NCBI GenBank assembly: GCA_963711565.1
Contig: CAVQEQ010000001.1
Span: 672,001 to 736,000 of the forward strand
Direction of reading: 5' to 3'
Length of the DNA stretch: 64,000 bases
DNA from: an uncultured delta proteobacterium
Lineage (GTDB): Bacteria > Desulfobacterota > Binatia > Binatales > Binataceae
A program made the position numbers and the translations under genes. The notes beneath the pieces are model-generated. The model was not told the DNA's origin, ran no database searches, and saw only the letters and a list, made by a program, of their open reading frames with translations. Of the stretch, positions 35,584 through 43,906 are shown in pieces. Numbering within the stretch: the stretch's first letter is position 1; the number at the start of each line of letters is the position of its first letter.

Positions 35584-35607
35584 GAGGATTTTCAAGTGTT
35601 CGCGCAA

Positions 35608-35622
35608 TGGCCGCGGACTTGC
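35608..35622 (+). promoter_or_regulatory. sigma-54 promoter of the metallothionein
   Basis: TGGCCGCGGACTTGC. Confidence 0.6.
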
Positions 35623-35670
35623 AGCTAACTCACCAAATCACGTCCCTTTGAATTGCATGAGGTGAGAGTC

Positions 35671-35832
35671 ATGAAATGCCTGCACGATGCTTGTTCCTGC
35701 CAAGTCAACGCGGGGCAGCAATACTGTTCGAATGAGTGCCAATCCAACGAACGCGACGAGGGCGGAACGGACTGCCACTGCGGCCACAAGGATTGTCGTG
35801 CCTCACAGTCTTCGCATCGCGACAGCACCTAG
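35671..35832 (+). CDS. Bacterial metallothionein (BmtA/SmtA-like), 53 aa
   Basis: Not in the ORF track. MKCLHDACSCQVNAGQQYCSNECQSNERDEGGTDCHCGHKDCRASQSSHRDST*: CxHxxCxC...YCSxxC...CxCGHxxC, 8 Cys and 4 His; RBS GAGGTG. Confidence 0.85.
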   Translation: MKCLHDACSCQVNAGQQYCSNECQSNERDEGGTDCHCGHKDCRASQSSHRDST

Positions 35833-35905
35833 TAGAGCTGTGTAATTCTTACTTAGATCCTCGGCAGCTACTGCTGGAAGTCCGGCAGTTCCGCCTGCCC
35901 GGTGT

Positions 35906-35920
35906 TGGCACGTGCAATGC
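35906..35920 (+). promoter_or_regulatory. sigma-54 promoter of a lipoprotein gene
   Basis: TGGCACGTGCAATGC. Confidence 0.6.
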
Positions 35921-35967
35921 TCAATCCTTGCCCTGCCTGCCAACACCGACGGAGGCTCGGACCTGAT

Positions 35968-36321
35968 ATGGAATACTTACAAATGATCCTGGTACTCGGC
36001 ACGCTATTTTTGTTTGCGATCGTCGGTTGTCAGACGCCGGTTCAGCCGATCGTGAGCCACAAACTGGTAGTGACGGGAAATCAGCACGCGGTTCCTTTGT
36101 ATCCCGATGAACAGACTTACTTGCATACTTCGCGTGAAAAACAGGAAGGCGGAGTCGTGGGCGTTGTCGGTGACGTGAAGCAAAACCTTACCGCGAAGCA
36201 AATCGACGACCAAACACCGGTTGAAGTCGTGACCAGCGATGACAACGGCGCGGTGATCACGGTGACCGACGGACCGATGAAAGGGGCGACGGGATTCGTC
36301 GCGAAACAGAACGTCAACTAA
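35968..36321 (+). CDS. Hypothetical lipoprotein (possible SH3-like C-terminus)
   Basis: ATG 35968 with GGAGG; lipobox IVG-C. Confidence 0.75.
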   Translation: MEYLQMILVLGTLFLFAIVGCQTPVQPIVSHKLVVTGNQHAVPLYPDEQTYLHTSREKQEGGVVGVVGDVKQNLTAKQIDDQTPVEVVTSDDNGAVITVTDGPMKGATGFVAKQNVN

Positions 36322-36406
36322 GGCAGCGAGCGCGACCCTGAAAGATTTACCCGGACTGCAAGCTGATTTTGTGCGCCTGGCTATGGGGAAATTCCTAGAT
36401 AGCATC

Positions 36407-36421
36407 TGGCCGGCTTCTTGC
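36407..36421 (+). promoter_or_regulatory. sigma-54 promoter of the small lipoprotein genes
   Basis: TGGCCGGCTTCTTGC. Confidence 0.6.
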
Positions 36422-36459
36422 TGTTGTAAGGGCAAGTTCCCGATGGAGGGTTCAATCAC

Positions 36460-36699
36460 ATGCGTTTCATCAGTCGTATCGTAATATTCCCAGCAGCCGT
36501 AGTCGCGTGCGGGATCGCCACCGGATGTTTCTCTTACCACAAAACCGTGGATGAGACTCCGGCCCCCGTAGTTGAAACCGCTCCAGAGACCACGGTGGTC
36601 CCGGTACCCGCGACCTCGAGCTCGACTACAACCACAACGAGCGACAGCAACGGAGTAGTGGAGCGGCAAAAGACTTCGACTTACACCGCACCATACTAG
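36460..36699 (+). CDS. Small Thr-rich lipoprotein
   Basis: GGAGG RBS; lipobox ATG-C; low-complexity T/S/P mature part. Confidence 0.75.
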   Translation: MRFISRIVIFPAAVVACGIATGCFSYHKTVDETPAPVVETAPETTVVPVPATSSSTTTTTSDSNGVVERQKTSTYTAPY

Positions 36700-36791
36700 A
36701 ATCAGCGACATGGATTTCAGCGAGGCGCGTGTGAGTTGTAAGGCTCACGCGCGCAATCGCTGCGATCCGGTGAATTAGAGAGCAATTCGTC

Positions 36792-37049
36792 ATGAAACAA
36801 CCTTTCATTGCAGCTATAGGTCTCAGCGCGATCCTTTGCGCATGCGTGACGCTTGAGTCCTGCGCCGATACAAGCAGTCAGACCACTTACACCACCACCG
36901 CTCCGGGCGAACCGCCGGCGGAAACCACCACCACAACGACGACCACCGAACAGCCTGACAGCGTCGTTGGATCCACAGCGAACGCGGCCGGAACGATAAT
37001 CGCGGCGCCATTCCGGATTGTCGGCGATGCTCTAGGCGTCATCTTCTAG
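36792..37049 (+). CDS. Small Thr-rich lipoprotein
   Basis: Signal peptide with LCA-C or LES-C; poly-Thr; hydrophobic C-terminus IIAAPFRIVGDALGVIF. Confidence 0.7.
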   Translation: MKQPFIAAIGLSAILCACVTLESCADTSSQTTYTTTAPGEPPAETTTTTTTTEQPDSVVGSTANAAGTIIAAPFRIVGDALGVIF

Positions 37050-37361
37050 CCGCTCTGAACGCGGGGGCATCGAGGTACCAGGTTGGGCCTCTCGATGGCA
37101 CGCGATGTCATGACGAGGATAGGAGGGCGGATCCGCGCCGAAAATCGCGCCTCGCATGGAGCGGCCTTTATTTTGAATTTTCCCGTCGCTGGCTAGCCCT
37201 ATCATCGTCCGGTACGGTACTTCTTATATACTTCGCGATTTTTCCACGAACATTTATCGAAAACTCCTCGCGAAAGCCTGTGAATCCTAGGTCCTTTTCG
37301 ACAGGGATCTAGTACATCTCTTGCTTTATCCTGCGTCGGAACAAGTCGCCGAGGTGGGGCT

Positions 37362-38390
37362 ATGGCAGCGGCAGCACCAGTATCGAAATCGACTTCCGCC
37401 AACGAGGAGCGGTGTGAGGCCTATACGGCCGATCCGGGACAAGATGGGACAGGTGGTTTCGAACCTCCGATAGGTCTGAAGGCAGGCGAGTTGGTCGAGG
37501 TACGGAGCGCAGCCGACATTATGTCGACCCTCGACGCCGAGGGGAAGCTGGATGGCCTGCCGTTCATGCCCGAGATGCTGGCATTCTGCGGACGACGCTT
37601 TCGTGTGTCCAGCCGAGCCGATAACACTTGCGCGCTGGGCCAGCCTCGACGAATCGACGCGACGGTCCATCTTGAGCAGCTAAGATGCGACGGCTCGTCG
37701 CATCGCGGTTGTGAGGCGGGTTGTCTATTGCTTTGGAAAGAGGCCTGGCTTCGCCCTAAGACTAATGGAGTAGACGGCCTATCGCTAACGACGGCCAGCG
37801 TCGATTCAAGCAATGCCTATCGCCGTCTAAGCGATTACGCGCGCCAGCCGGATGACACCCTGAGGTGTCAGGCGACGGAGCTAAATTCCGCGACCTGTCC
37901 GGCATCAATTGGCAGTCCCCCGATTTACTTCGGCAAGATCGTGAGAGACTGCGTTTCGAGAAGGAGAGGTTTAGACGACCTGCGCAAGCTTGTCTTTTAC
38001 TTCTGGGGCAAGGCGATTTTATCCGTATTCATGCTATGGACGCGCGCTCCTTGGCATTCCGATCGATTCAGGAAGACGCCGGCGACGCCGCTTGGTTTGC
38101 AGCCGGGCGAAGTAGTTCGCGTTCGCGGGATGCTGGAAATTTTGCGGACGCTGGATCGCAAGGGCTGTAATCGCGGTATGGAGTTCAAGCCCGAGATGTT
38201 CCAGTTCTGCGGCCGCAAGTATCAGGTGATCTCGAATATGCAGAGGCGAATCGACGAGCGAACCGGCGAGCTAAAGGGTTTTAAGAGCCCATGCATCGTG
38301 CTGCAGTCTGTGCATTGCGACGGTCAGCGTTCGTTCTGCCGGCGTTCAAACTATCACTACTGGCGCGAAATCTGGCTGAGCCGGCAGTAG
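37362..38390 (+). CDS. Uncharacterised Cys-rich protein made of two internal repeats
   Basis: Two copies of GLxxGExVxVR...TLDxxG...FxPEMxxFCGRxxxV...CDG...C...WxExWL; RBS GAGGTGG. Confidence 0.85.
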   Translation: MAAAAPVSKSTSANEERCEAYTADPGQDGTGGFEPPIGLKAGELVEVRSAADIMSTLDAEGKLDGLPFMPEMLAFCGRRFRVSSRADNTCALGQPRRIDATVHLEQLRCDGSSHRGCEAGCLLLWKEAWLRPKTNGVDGLSLTTASVDSSNAYRRLSDYARQPDDTLRCQATELNSATCPASIGSPPIYFGKIVRDCVSRRRGLDDLRKLVFYFWGKAILSVFMLWTRAPWHSDRFRKTPATPLGLQPGEVVRVRGMLEILRTLDRKGCNRGMEFKPEMFQFCGRKYQVISNMQRRIDERTGELKGFKSPCIVLQSVHCDGQRSFCRRSNYHYWREIWLSRQ

Positions 38391-38412
38391 CCACCGACTG
38401 AAGGGAAGATCG

Positions 38413-39336
38413 ATGCAGGCATCTGACATAGCGCATTTCTTCAGCCGCGTAGGTTATAGGGTGATCGCGACTGAGAGCTGTTACTGGTACAATCCGCAAC
38501 CTTTCCAGTTTAAGAGCCTGCCGGTGCATCGATTCGTCGCTCCTTCCGCGGTCGAGCTCGCGCAAGTCATGATCCAGGGCCCTGCGTTTGCGCTGCGTTA
38601 TCCGACAACACCGGATAACACCGGTCCGCGAGGCGGAATGTACGTTTGTTCCAACCGCCACTACGCCATCGACGCGCTGTCGTCGCAGAACGCTCGCAGC
38701 AAGACTCGCAGAGGGTTGGCGCGCTGTCATATCGAACAAATTGAATTTCCGTACCTGGCACGGCATGGCTATTCCTTGACTGCGGAAACCACTTTGCGCC
38801 AGATGGGCAGAATGCCGAGCACCACCGAGGCGGAGTGGCAAAGGTTCTGCGACAACGCGACGCGCTCGAAGGATTTCGAGGCCTGGGGCGCTTTCGTCGA
38901 GGATCGATTGGCAACTTTCATTGTCGGGATGCTGGTCGAGGACTGTTATTACATACACTTACAGAAGAGTGCTTCCGATTTACTTAAGTACTATCCCAAC
39001 AATGCTTTGCTGTTCACCGTGATTAAGACCAAGATGGCGTGTCCTCAAGTCGCCTACATCTCGCACGGCCCGAAAGCACTCGCGGTAGGAAAAGGTCTGC
39101 ACTACTTCAAAACCAGCATGGGTTTTGAGCTGCAGCCTTTCACGGATCACGTGGTCTTCAATCCATTGGTGAAGCCTCTCCTGATGTGGAAGGGCGACAC
39201 GGTGGTCAAGAAGCTTATGGAGCGCTACCCGGATAACCTTTTCTGGCAGAGGGCGTCACGAGCACTGCGCGTCGCCAGAGGCGAAGAGCCGCGCGGCGAG
39301 GAGATTGCAGTCAAAATGAGCGAGTCGTCAGAGTGA
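38413..39336 (+). CDS. GNAT/FemAB-like acyltransferase family protein
   Basis: RSKTRRGL, AWGAFVEDRLA, YYPNNALLF, GLHYFKTSMGF, typical of Fem-like GNATs. Confidence 0.7.
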   Translation: MQASDIAHFFSRVGYRVIATESCYWYNPQPFQFKSLPVHRFVAPSAVELAQVMIQGPAFALRYPTTPDNTGPRGGMYVCSNRHYAIDALSSQNARSKTRRGLARCHIEQIEFPYLARHGYSLTAETTLRQMGRMPSTTEAEWQRFCDNATRSKDFEAWGAFVEDRLATFIVGMLVEDCYYIHLQKSASDLLKYYPNNALLFTVIKTKMACPQVAYISHGPKALAVGKGLHYFKTSMGFELQPFTDHVVFNPLVKPLLMWKGDTVVKKLMERYPDNLFWQRASRALRVARGEEPRGEEIAVKMSESSE

Positions 39337-40653
39337 CGTATTGTAGTAGTGCACTGCCTGGGCCATCCCGCCGGCGAGTCTGCTGCGAAGGTAGTGCATG
39401 AAGTCTGAAGTGAATACGTACTTCGTGCGCAGGTAGACGCCGCCGTTGTTCATCGAGAAGACTATGCGGTGTAGCTTCCAATTGCGAAAATTTCTGTGAA
39501 GTTGGAATCGAGCGGAAACTCCCAAAGTCTGGATCCCGAAAGGGAACTGGAACCCAAACCATAGCGGTTGAGAATTGATTGACAGGTCCGGAGTCGTCGA
39601 GCGAGGCAGCTCCTCGATAGTGCCGTTTGCCAGCGAAAACACTATGGTCTTGTCCAGATCGGGAATGTTGATCGTAACTTGACGCAATAGCATCAACAAG
39701 GCTCGGGAATAGCGCTCGCGTATCTGCTCCGCCATAGCCACATACGCATCGGAGATCTCGTTGAGCGGCCTTGTCTCGATCGGATCGTAGGGTAGCGCGT
39801 CCCAAGCGGTCAGTGCTTCGTACCGCCGCAATGCCTGGGAAGAGTCATGTCGCGAGCCGACTTCGTAACTGTCACCGGGAAAGAGAACCGCCGCGTTCAG
39901 ATTTCGCTCGATGAGGTAGTTATAGGCGTCCTTCGCGGTATTGGCGAATCGATTGACGTACTTGTTGTCCTCACTCAAGAAGTAGATGAAGCTGGCGAAC
40001 GGGATCGTGACCTTTGCATCGAGAGCGCAATGCACCTCCGACATATTATGCAGAATCTGTTTCGCGCGCTCGGAGAGAAAGCGCTCAGGAGGATCGAAGC
40101 CGGCGTAACCAGCTAGTGAGAATTGGTTCAAAAGTACGTCGACGTGTCGCAAATCTTTGGCAATGAGCCCGCATTCGGCGGTACTTATGCGGACGTCGTT
40201 GGCATTCAGCACCACCTGTCCGTCGTTCAATACCGCCAGCGCCGAATCCATCAGGCCTGCATGGTAGCAATATACTGTTGTGCCCGCGGCGTCGGATGAA
40301 TCATCAGAGAGTCTAACGATTTTGCGATGGGGCAGAAGGCGAAAACGTTGATAGCCGAGCTTTTTGAAAGCCGAGACCATCTTTTCTGAGTCACGAGTTT
40401 GGAAAAGTATGACGACCCGTTCCTTGAAGGAATCTGGAAATGAACCCAGCGTCGGAAAATGGCAGTGATCCGGATGCTCGTGGGAAATCCAGAGGTAGCC
40501 GATACGATCGAGCAGCGCGGAGTCGAATACGGGCGCTGGGTGTAGAGTCCACGAATTGTTGAAAATTTTCCCTGAGAACCATGGATCCATCAGAATGGAA
40601 GTGTCGGAACACTCGACGACTATGCACGCGTGGCCCACGAAGCGAATGTTCAT
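39328..40653 (-). CDS. MBL-fold metallo-enzyme, CMP-Neu5Ac hydroxylase (CMAH)/UlaG-like, without a Rieske domain
   Basis: FVGHAC, ILMDPWFSG.IF..SW, WISHEHPDHCH, MDSALAV, LNAND, IPFASFIYF. Confidence 0.8.
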   Translation of the reverse strand: MNIRFVGHACIVVECSDTSILMDPWFSGKIFNNSWTLHPAPVFDSALLDRIGYLWISHEHPDHCHFPTLGSFPDSFKERVVILFQTRDSEKMVSAFKKLGYQRFRLLPHRKIVRLSDDSSDAAGTTVYCYHAGLMDSALAVLNDGQVVLNANDVRISTAECGLIAKDLRHVDVLLNQFSLAGYAGFDPPERFLSERAKQILHNMSEVHCALDAKVTIPFASFIYFLSEDNKYVNRFANTAKDAYNYLIERNLNAAVLFPGDSYEVGSRHDSSQALRRYEALTAWDALPYDPIETRPLNEISDAYVAMAEQIRERYSRALLMLLRQVTINIPDLDKTIVFSLANGTIEELPRSTTPDLSINSQPLWFGFQFPFGIQTLGVSARFQLHRNFRNWKLHRIVFSMNNGGVYLRTKYVFTSDFMHYLRSRLAGGMAQAVHYYNTSL

Positions 40654-41002
40654 CTGGTAGAGCCCTTCATGACCATAAAGTGCGATTCGCCGAGTACTTT
40701 ACCTAGGTTAGAGGAGGCTCCGGGCGGGCGCGCGGCAACTGGCCTGTCGTCGTGGTGGGGAGAAAACCGGTCAGTGGCGCCCACCGGAGCCCCAAGTCCG
40801 AAATCTTTAGGTATTCGTCATTAAGGGTGTAATCCGTGCAGATCGCGTGCCGAGTTTTTGCGATGTTCTTCCGCACCAGTTCGTGAGTTCCGATCTATTG
40901 GTTCTGTAGTTCGGAAAAATTTTCCTTCCGCACTGGACTGAGAGTTCTTGCGGGATCACGCGTCCGCAGTACTCGCGTTGAACATAAATGCGTTCGCCCA
41001 TG

Positions 41003-41017
41003 TGGCATTCGGGTTGC
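41003..41017 (+). promoter_or_regulatory. sigma-54 promoter of the wzy-like operon
   Basis: TGGCATTCGGGTTGC. Confidence 0.6.
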
Positions 41018-41033
41018 TTTCGAGTCCAGCAAC

Positions 41034-42551
41034 ATGTTGCAAAGATTACAATTCTCACCTCAAGCGCACGCTGCGGATCAGCGGCGGTCGAGATTCAGCC
41101 ACGATTCGGGAGCTCGAGGACCGCGCGGACTCCTACGATCCATGCCAAGGCTTGGCTTGATCGCGGCTGGCGTCGCCGGCCTGCTGATCCTTGGGCTACT
41201 GAGTCATCCTGCTGGAGGCACGGTGATTGTCCTGGCGATAGCAGCGGCGGGGATTCTGCCGTGGGCAATCTATCGCACGAGCAGTCACGTTTCCTGGGTG
41301 CCGCTTGTGCTCGTGCTGATCGAAGCGGTGGCTGCAAGTTCTTTCGCTGCCACCTCGGATTACCAATTGGGTGCCCTTGTCCGATATCCACTTGGGTTCC
41401 TATTCATTTCGCCGTTTCTTTCCTCCCTGTGGAAATCGGGGATTCTGGGCAAGGGAGGATTTCGCGACTACGCAATATATCTGATTTGGGCGCTGGTCAG
41501 CGTGTCCTATTCGATCCTGCCGGAGGTCTCAATCGCCAGGGTATTCGCCGCTGCAATCCCATTTTGCGCGTTCTGCGCAATAGCCGTAGAAGTAAGAAGC
41601 GGCGATGATGCGCGGCGCGTGATGGGAGTTCTTCTCACTGGTTGCGGAATTGTTGTCGCAGCCAACTACCTTGCCATGTTGATTCCAGGCAACACGGCCT
41701 GGCAGTTGGATACCGATGCCGGAATGCTGCGCTTCGTCGGATTTCTTACCGAGCCCAATGAGATCGGCAACTTGACGCTGGCCACGCTGGGCGCGGGTTT
41801 CGGCTATTGGCCGCTAGCGAGCGGACGGAAAAAGGTGCTAGTCGCCCTGGCGATGATTGGCGCGTTGGTGCAGGTCCTGATGGCAGACTCGCGCTCGCCG
41901 CTCGTCGGGATCGCAATCGGATGCGCTCTTTACATGCTGTTTAAGTATCGAGCCAAAGGCGCGATCGGCATTGCCGTCCTGTATGTAATCTTCTACATGT
42001 CGACCTTCGCGATTCCCTCGATCCACGCTTACATGGATCGGGGCGACGTCGCGAGCTTTACGGGACGCCAGGTCGCATGGGATTTTGCCGTTCATAGCAT
42101 CAGGCAGAGTCCGCTTTTGGGCTATGGCTACGAGGTCGAGGGTCAAATCCTTAAGAATCCGTATTTTCCGGGTTGGGATGAGGTCTGGAACCTGGGCTAC
42201 CAGACATCTCTGCACGACGGTTATGTGTCCCGCGCTATAGGTCTCGGCGTGCCGGCGTTGCTGTTTTGGTTGTTCCTTACGCTGCGACCGGCGATCAGTT
42301 GTCTTTTCTCCAAGCGCGACCCGTGGCGGTTAAGATCGATCGTGCCACTCGCACTGTTGCCCGTACTGATCTTGAATTTCACGGAATCGATTTCAGACTT
42401 CCGCTCCTTCGCCGGCCTTCTGATGGCATTGTCATGGACGATTCTCGAGCGCGAAAGACTCTTCGCCAAGGCAGAAGCCGCGCTACGAGTGAAATCAGTG
42501 GAGGCGGAAAAGACTCCCTTAGTGCGAGCCTTGCAGGCAGGTACCGTATGA
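41034..42551 (+). CDS. O-antigen ligase/Wzy_C family membrane protein (probable EPS polymerase)
   Basis: Many TM segments; RFVGFLTEPNEIG, ADSRS, TGRQVAW, PLLGYG, LHDGY. The start may be ATG 41142. Confidence 0.85.
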   Translation: MLQRLQFSPQAHAADQRRSRFSHDSGARGPRGLLRSMPRLGLIAAGVAGLLILGLLSHPAGGTVIVLAIAAAGILPWAIYRTSSHVSWVPLVLVLIEAVAASSFAATSDYQLGALVRYPLGFLFISPFLSSLWKSGILGKGGFRDYAIYLIWALVSVSYSILPEVSIARVFAAAIPFCAFCAIAVEVRSGDDARRVMGVLLTGCGIVVAANYLAMLIPGNTAWQLDTDAGMLRFVGFLTEPNEIGNLTLATLGAGFGYWPLASGRKKVLVALAMIGALVQVLMADSRSPLVGIAIGCALYMLFKYRAKGAIGIAVLYVIFYMSTFAIPSIHAYMDRGDVASFTGRQVAWDFAVHSIRQSPLLGYGYEVEGQILKNPYFPGWDEVWNLGYQTSLHDGYVSRAIGLGVPALLFWLFLTLRPAISCLFSKRDPWRLRSIVPLALLPVLILNFTESISDFRSFAGLLMALSWTILERERLFAKAEAALRVKSVEAEKTPLVRALQAGTV

Positions 42552-43375
42552 CACGAACCACCGTTATCAAAGTCCTGGCTTGCGCCAGCGGCGCGGTGGT
42601 TGTGCTATTCATTCTGTCGCGGCCTTCTACTTCCTCTTTGACGCCTGCGACTTCGATTCCTTATTTTTCACTGCGGCCGAGTGGAACGCAGCTGCCATCG
42701 GGAAGCAGGTGCGCGACAGCCGTCGTGGGCGACAGGTTTGAGCCTCAGCCCGGGAACGCCGAACCGAATAGCATCACGCCAACCGCGTCGGACCTGGCCA
42801 CTTACCAATCCGAGGTTGCCCGCGGCGAAGGTGGCGCTCCCGGAAACTATCTTACCCGAGTGGATGGCCAGTTCACCGGTAGTACCGACGCGATTCTCAA
42901 GTGGGCGTCGTGCAAGTGGGGCTTCGACGAAAACGTGACGCGCGCCACCGCGGTCAACGAGACTCATTGGCGCCAGCTCGAGCTCGGGGACATTGGCAAT
43001 GGGACGAGCATCGGAATTCTACAAATCAAGTCTCGCGACTATCCTTCGAGCTGCGAAGCGGTCGCATCAAGCCAGCATACTGCCGATGTCACGAACCCGG
43101 ATTGTTACTCGTACCTGAGTACAGCCTTTGCCGCTGATTACAAGCTGGCTCAGCAGCGAGCATGCTTCGACGGTAAAATCGACTATCTGAGGGATGATAG
43201 TCCATCCGCCGGATATCCGTCCTATCCCGATGGGACGCCGGAGGAGATGATGTGGGGATGCGTAGGATGGTGGTTCTCTGGACATTGGTTCGATTCGGAT
43301 GCGTTATCCTACATATCGCAAGTTCAATTCTATCTGAATGACCAGGCATGGTTGCACCTGGCCACTGCAGAATAG
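42548..43375 (+). CDS. Secreted or membrane-anchored protein with a lysozyme/lytic-transglycosylase-like domain (paralogue A)
   Basis: ATG 42548 (ATGA overlap); N-terminal hydrophobic helix; WASCKWGFDENVTRATAVNETHW...SIGILQIK resembles the SLT 'ES' and 'GLMQ' motifs. Confidence 0.75.
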   Translation: MTRTTVIKVLACASGAVVVLFILSRPSTSSLTPATSIPYFSLRPSGTQLPSGSRCATAVVGDRFEPQPGNAEPNSITPTASDLATYQSEVARGEGGAPGNYLTRVDGQFTGSTDAILKWASCKWGFDENVTRATAVNETHWRQLELGDIGNGTSIGILQIKSRDYPSSCEAVASSQHTADVTNPDCYSYLSTAFAADYKLAQQRACFDGKIDYLRDDSPSAGYPSYPDGTPEEMMWGCVGWWFSGHWFDSDALSYISQVQFYLNDQAWLHLATAE

Positions 43376-43434
43376 GATCGAAGCTCATGAGTTCGAACTT
43401 GGTGTTGTCAAAGACCCATCGCTCTGGGCGCTAA

Positions 43435-43484
43435 TTGTAAAATATACAAAATTGTAATTCCTACCAGGTCTGGAAAATATACAA
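43435..43484. promoter_or_regulatory. Three tandem TTGTA-N5-TACAA-like boxes
   Basis: TTGTAAAATATACAA (43435), TTGTAATTCCTACCA (43452) and CTGGAAAATATACAA (43470), in an AT-rich intergenic patch. Confidence 0.6.
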
Positions 43485-43906
43485 AATAAGATTTGAGTCG
43501 CGCTTGAAAAAGTTGAACGAACATTATGCCTCTGCTAATGTTCGCGGCGCGGTGAGTCGTGGCGCCGCAGACATTAGTTTAGGTCCAAGCGCGCGGGTCT
43601 CTTCGTCATTCGGCACCCCACCATAATCGGCCCGGTTTGGGCATAGTTGGCAATTCAAAACGCGAGGGGAGTTTCAGACTCTGAGGCTGTGAGTCCAGGT
43701 CATCTGGGGAGAGACCTGTGCGGATAGGGTTTCGTTTTCAGGCCTGCTAAGGCATCACGCCACTGAAATAGCCCGCGCCTTAGCGCGGAAGCGTGTCGGC
43801 GTTAGGCCGGCGAACGGTGAGGAGTACTCCTCCACCTTCATCGCCGAAGCCGGCGCGGCACTGTCCGCGAGACATATTTGCGCACGCCTGGGGAGGGCGA
43901 TGTTTT

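Noticed and set aside
37310-37324. TAGTACATCTCTTGC upstream of the Cys-rich gene as a sigma-54 promoter
   Set aside because: It lacks the invariant GG at -24. No convincing site was found for this gene or for the MBL gene.
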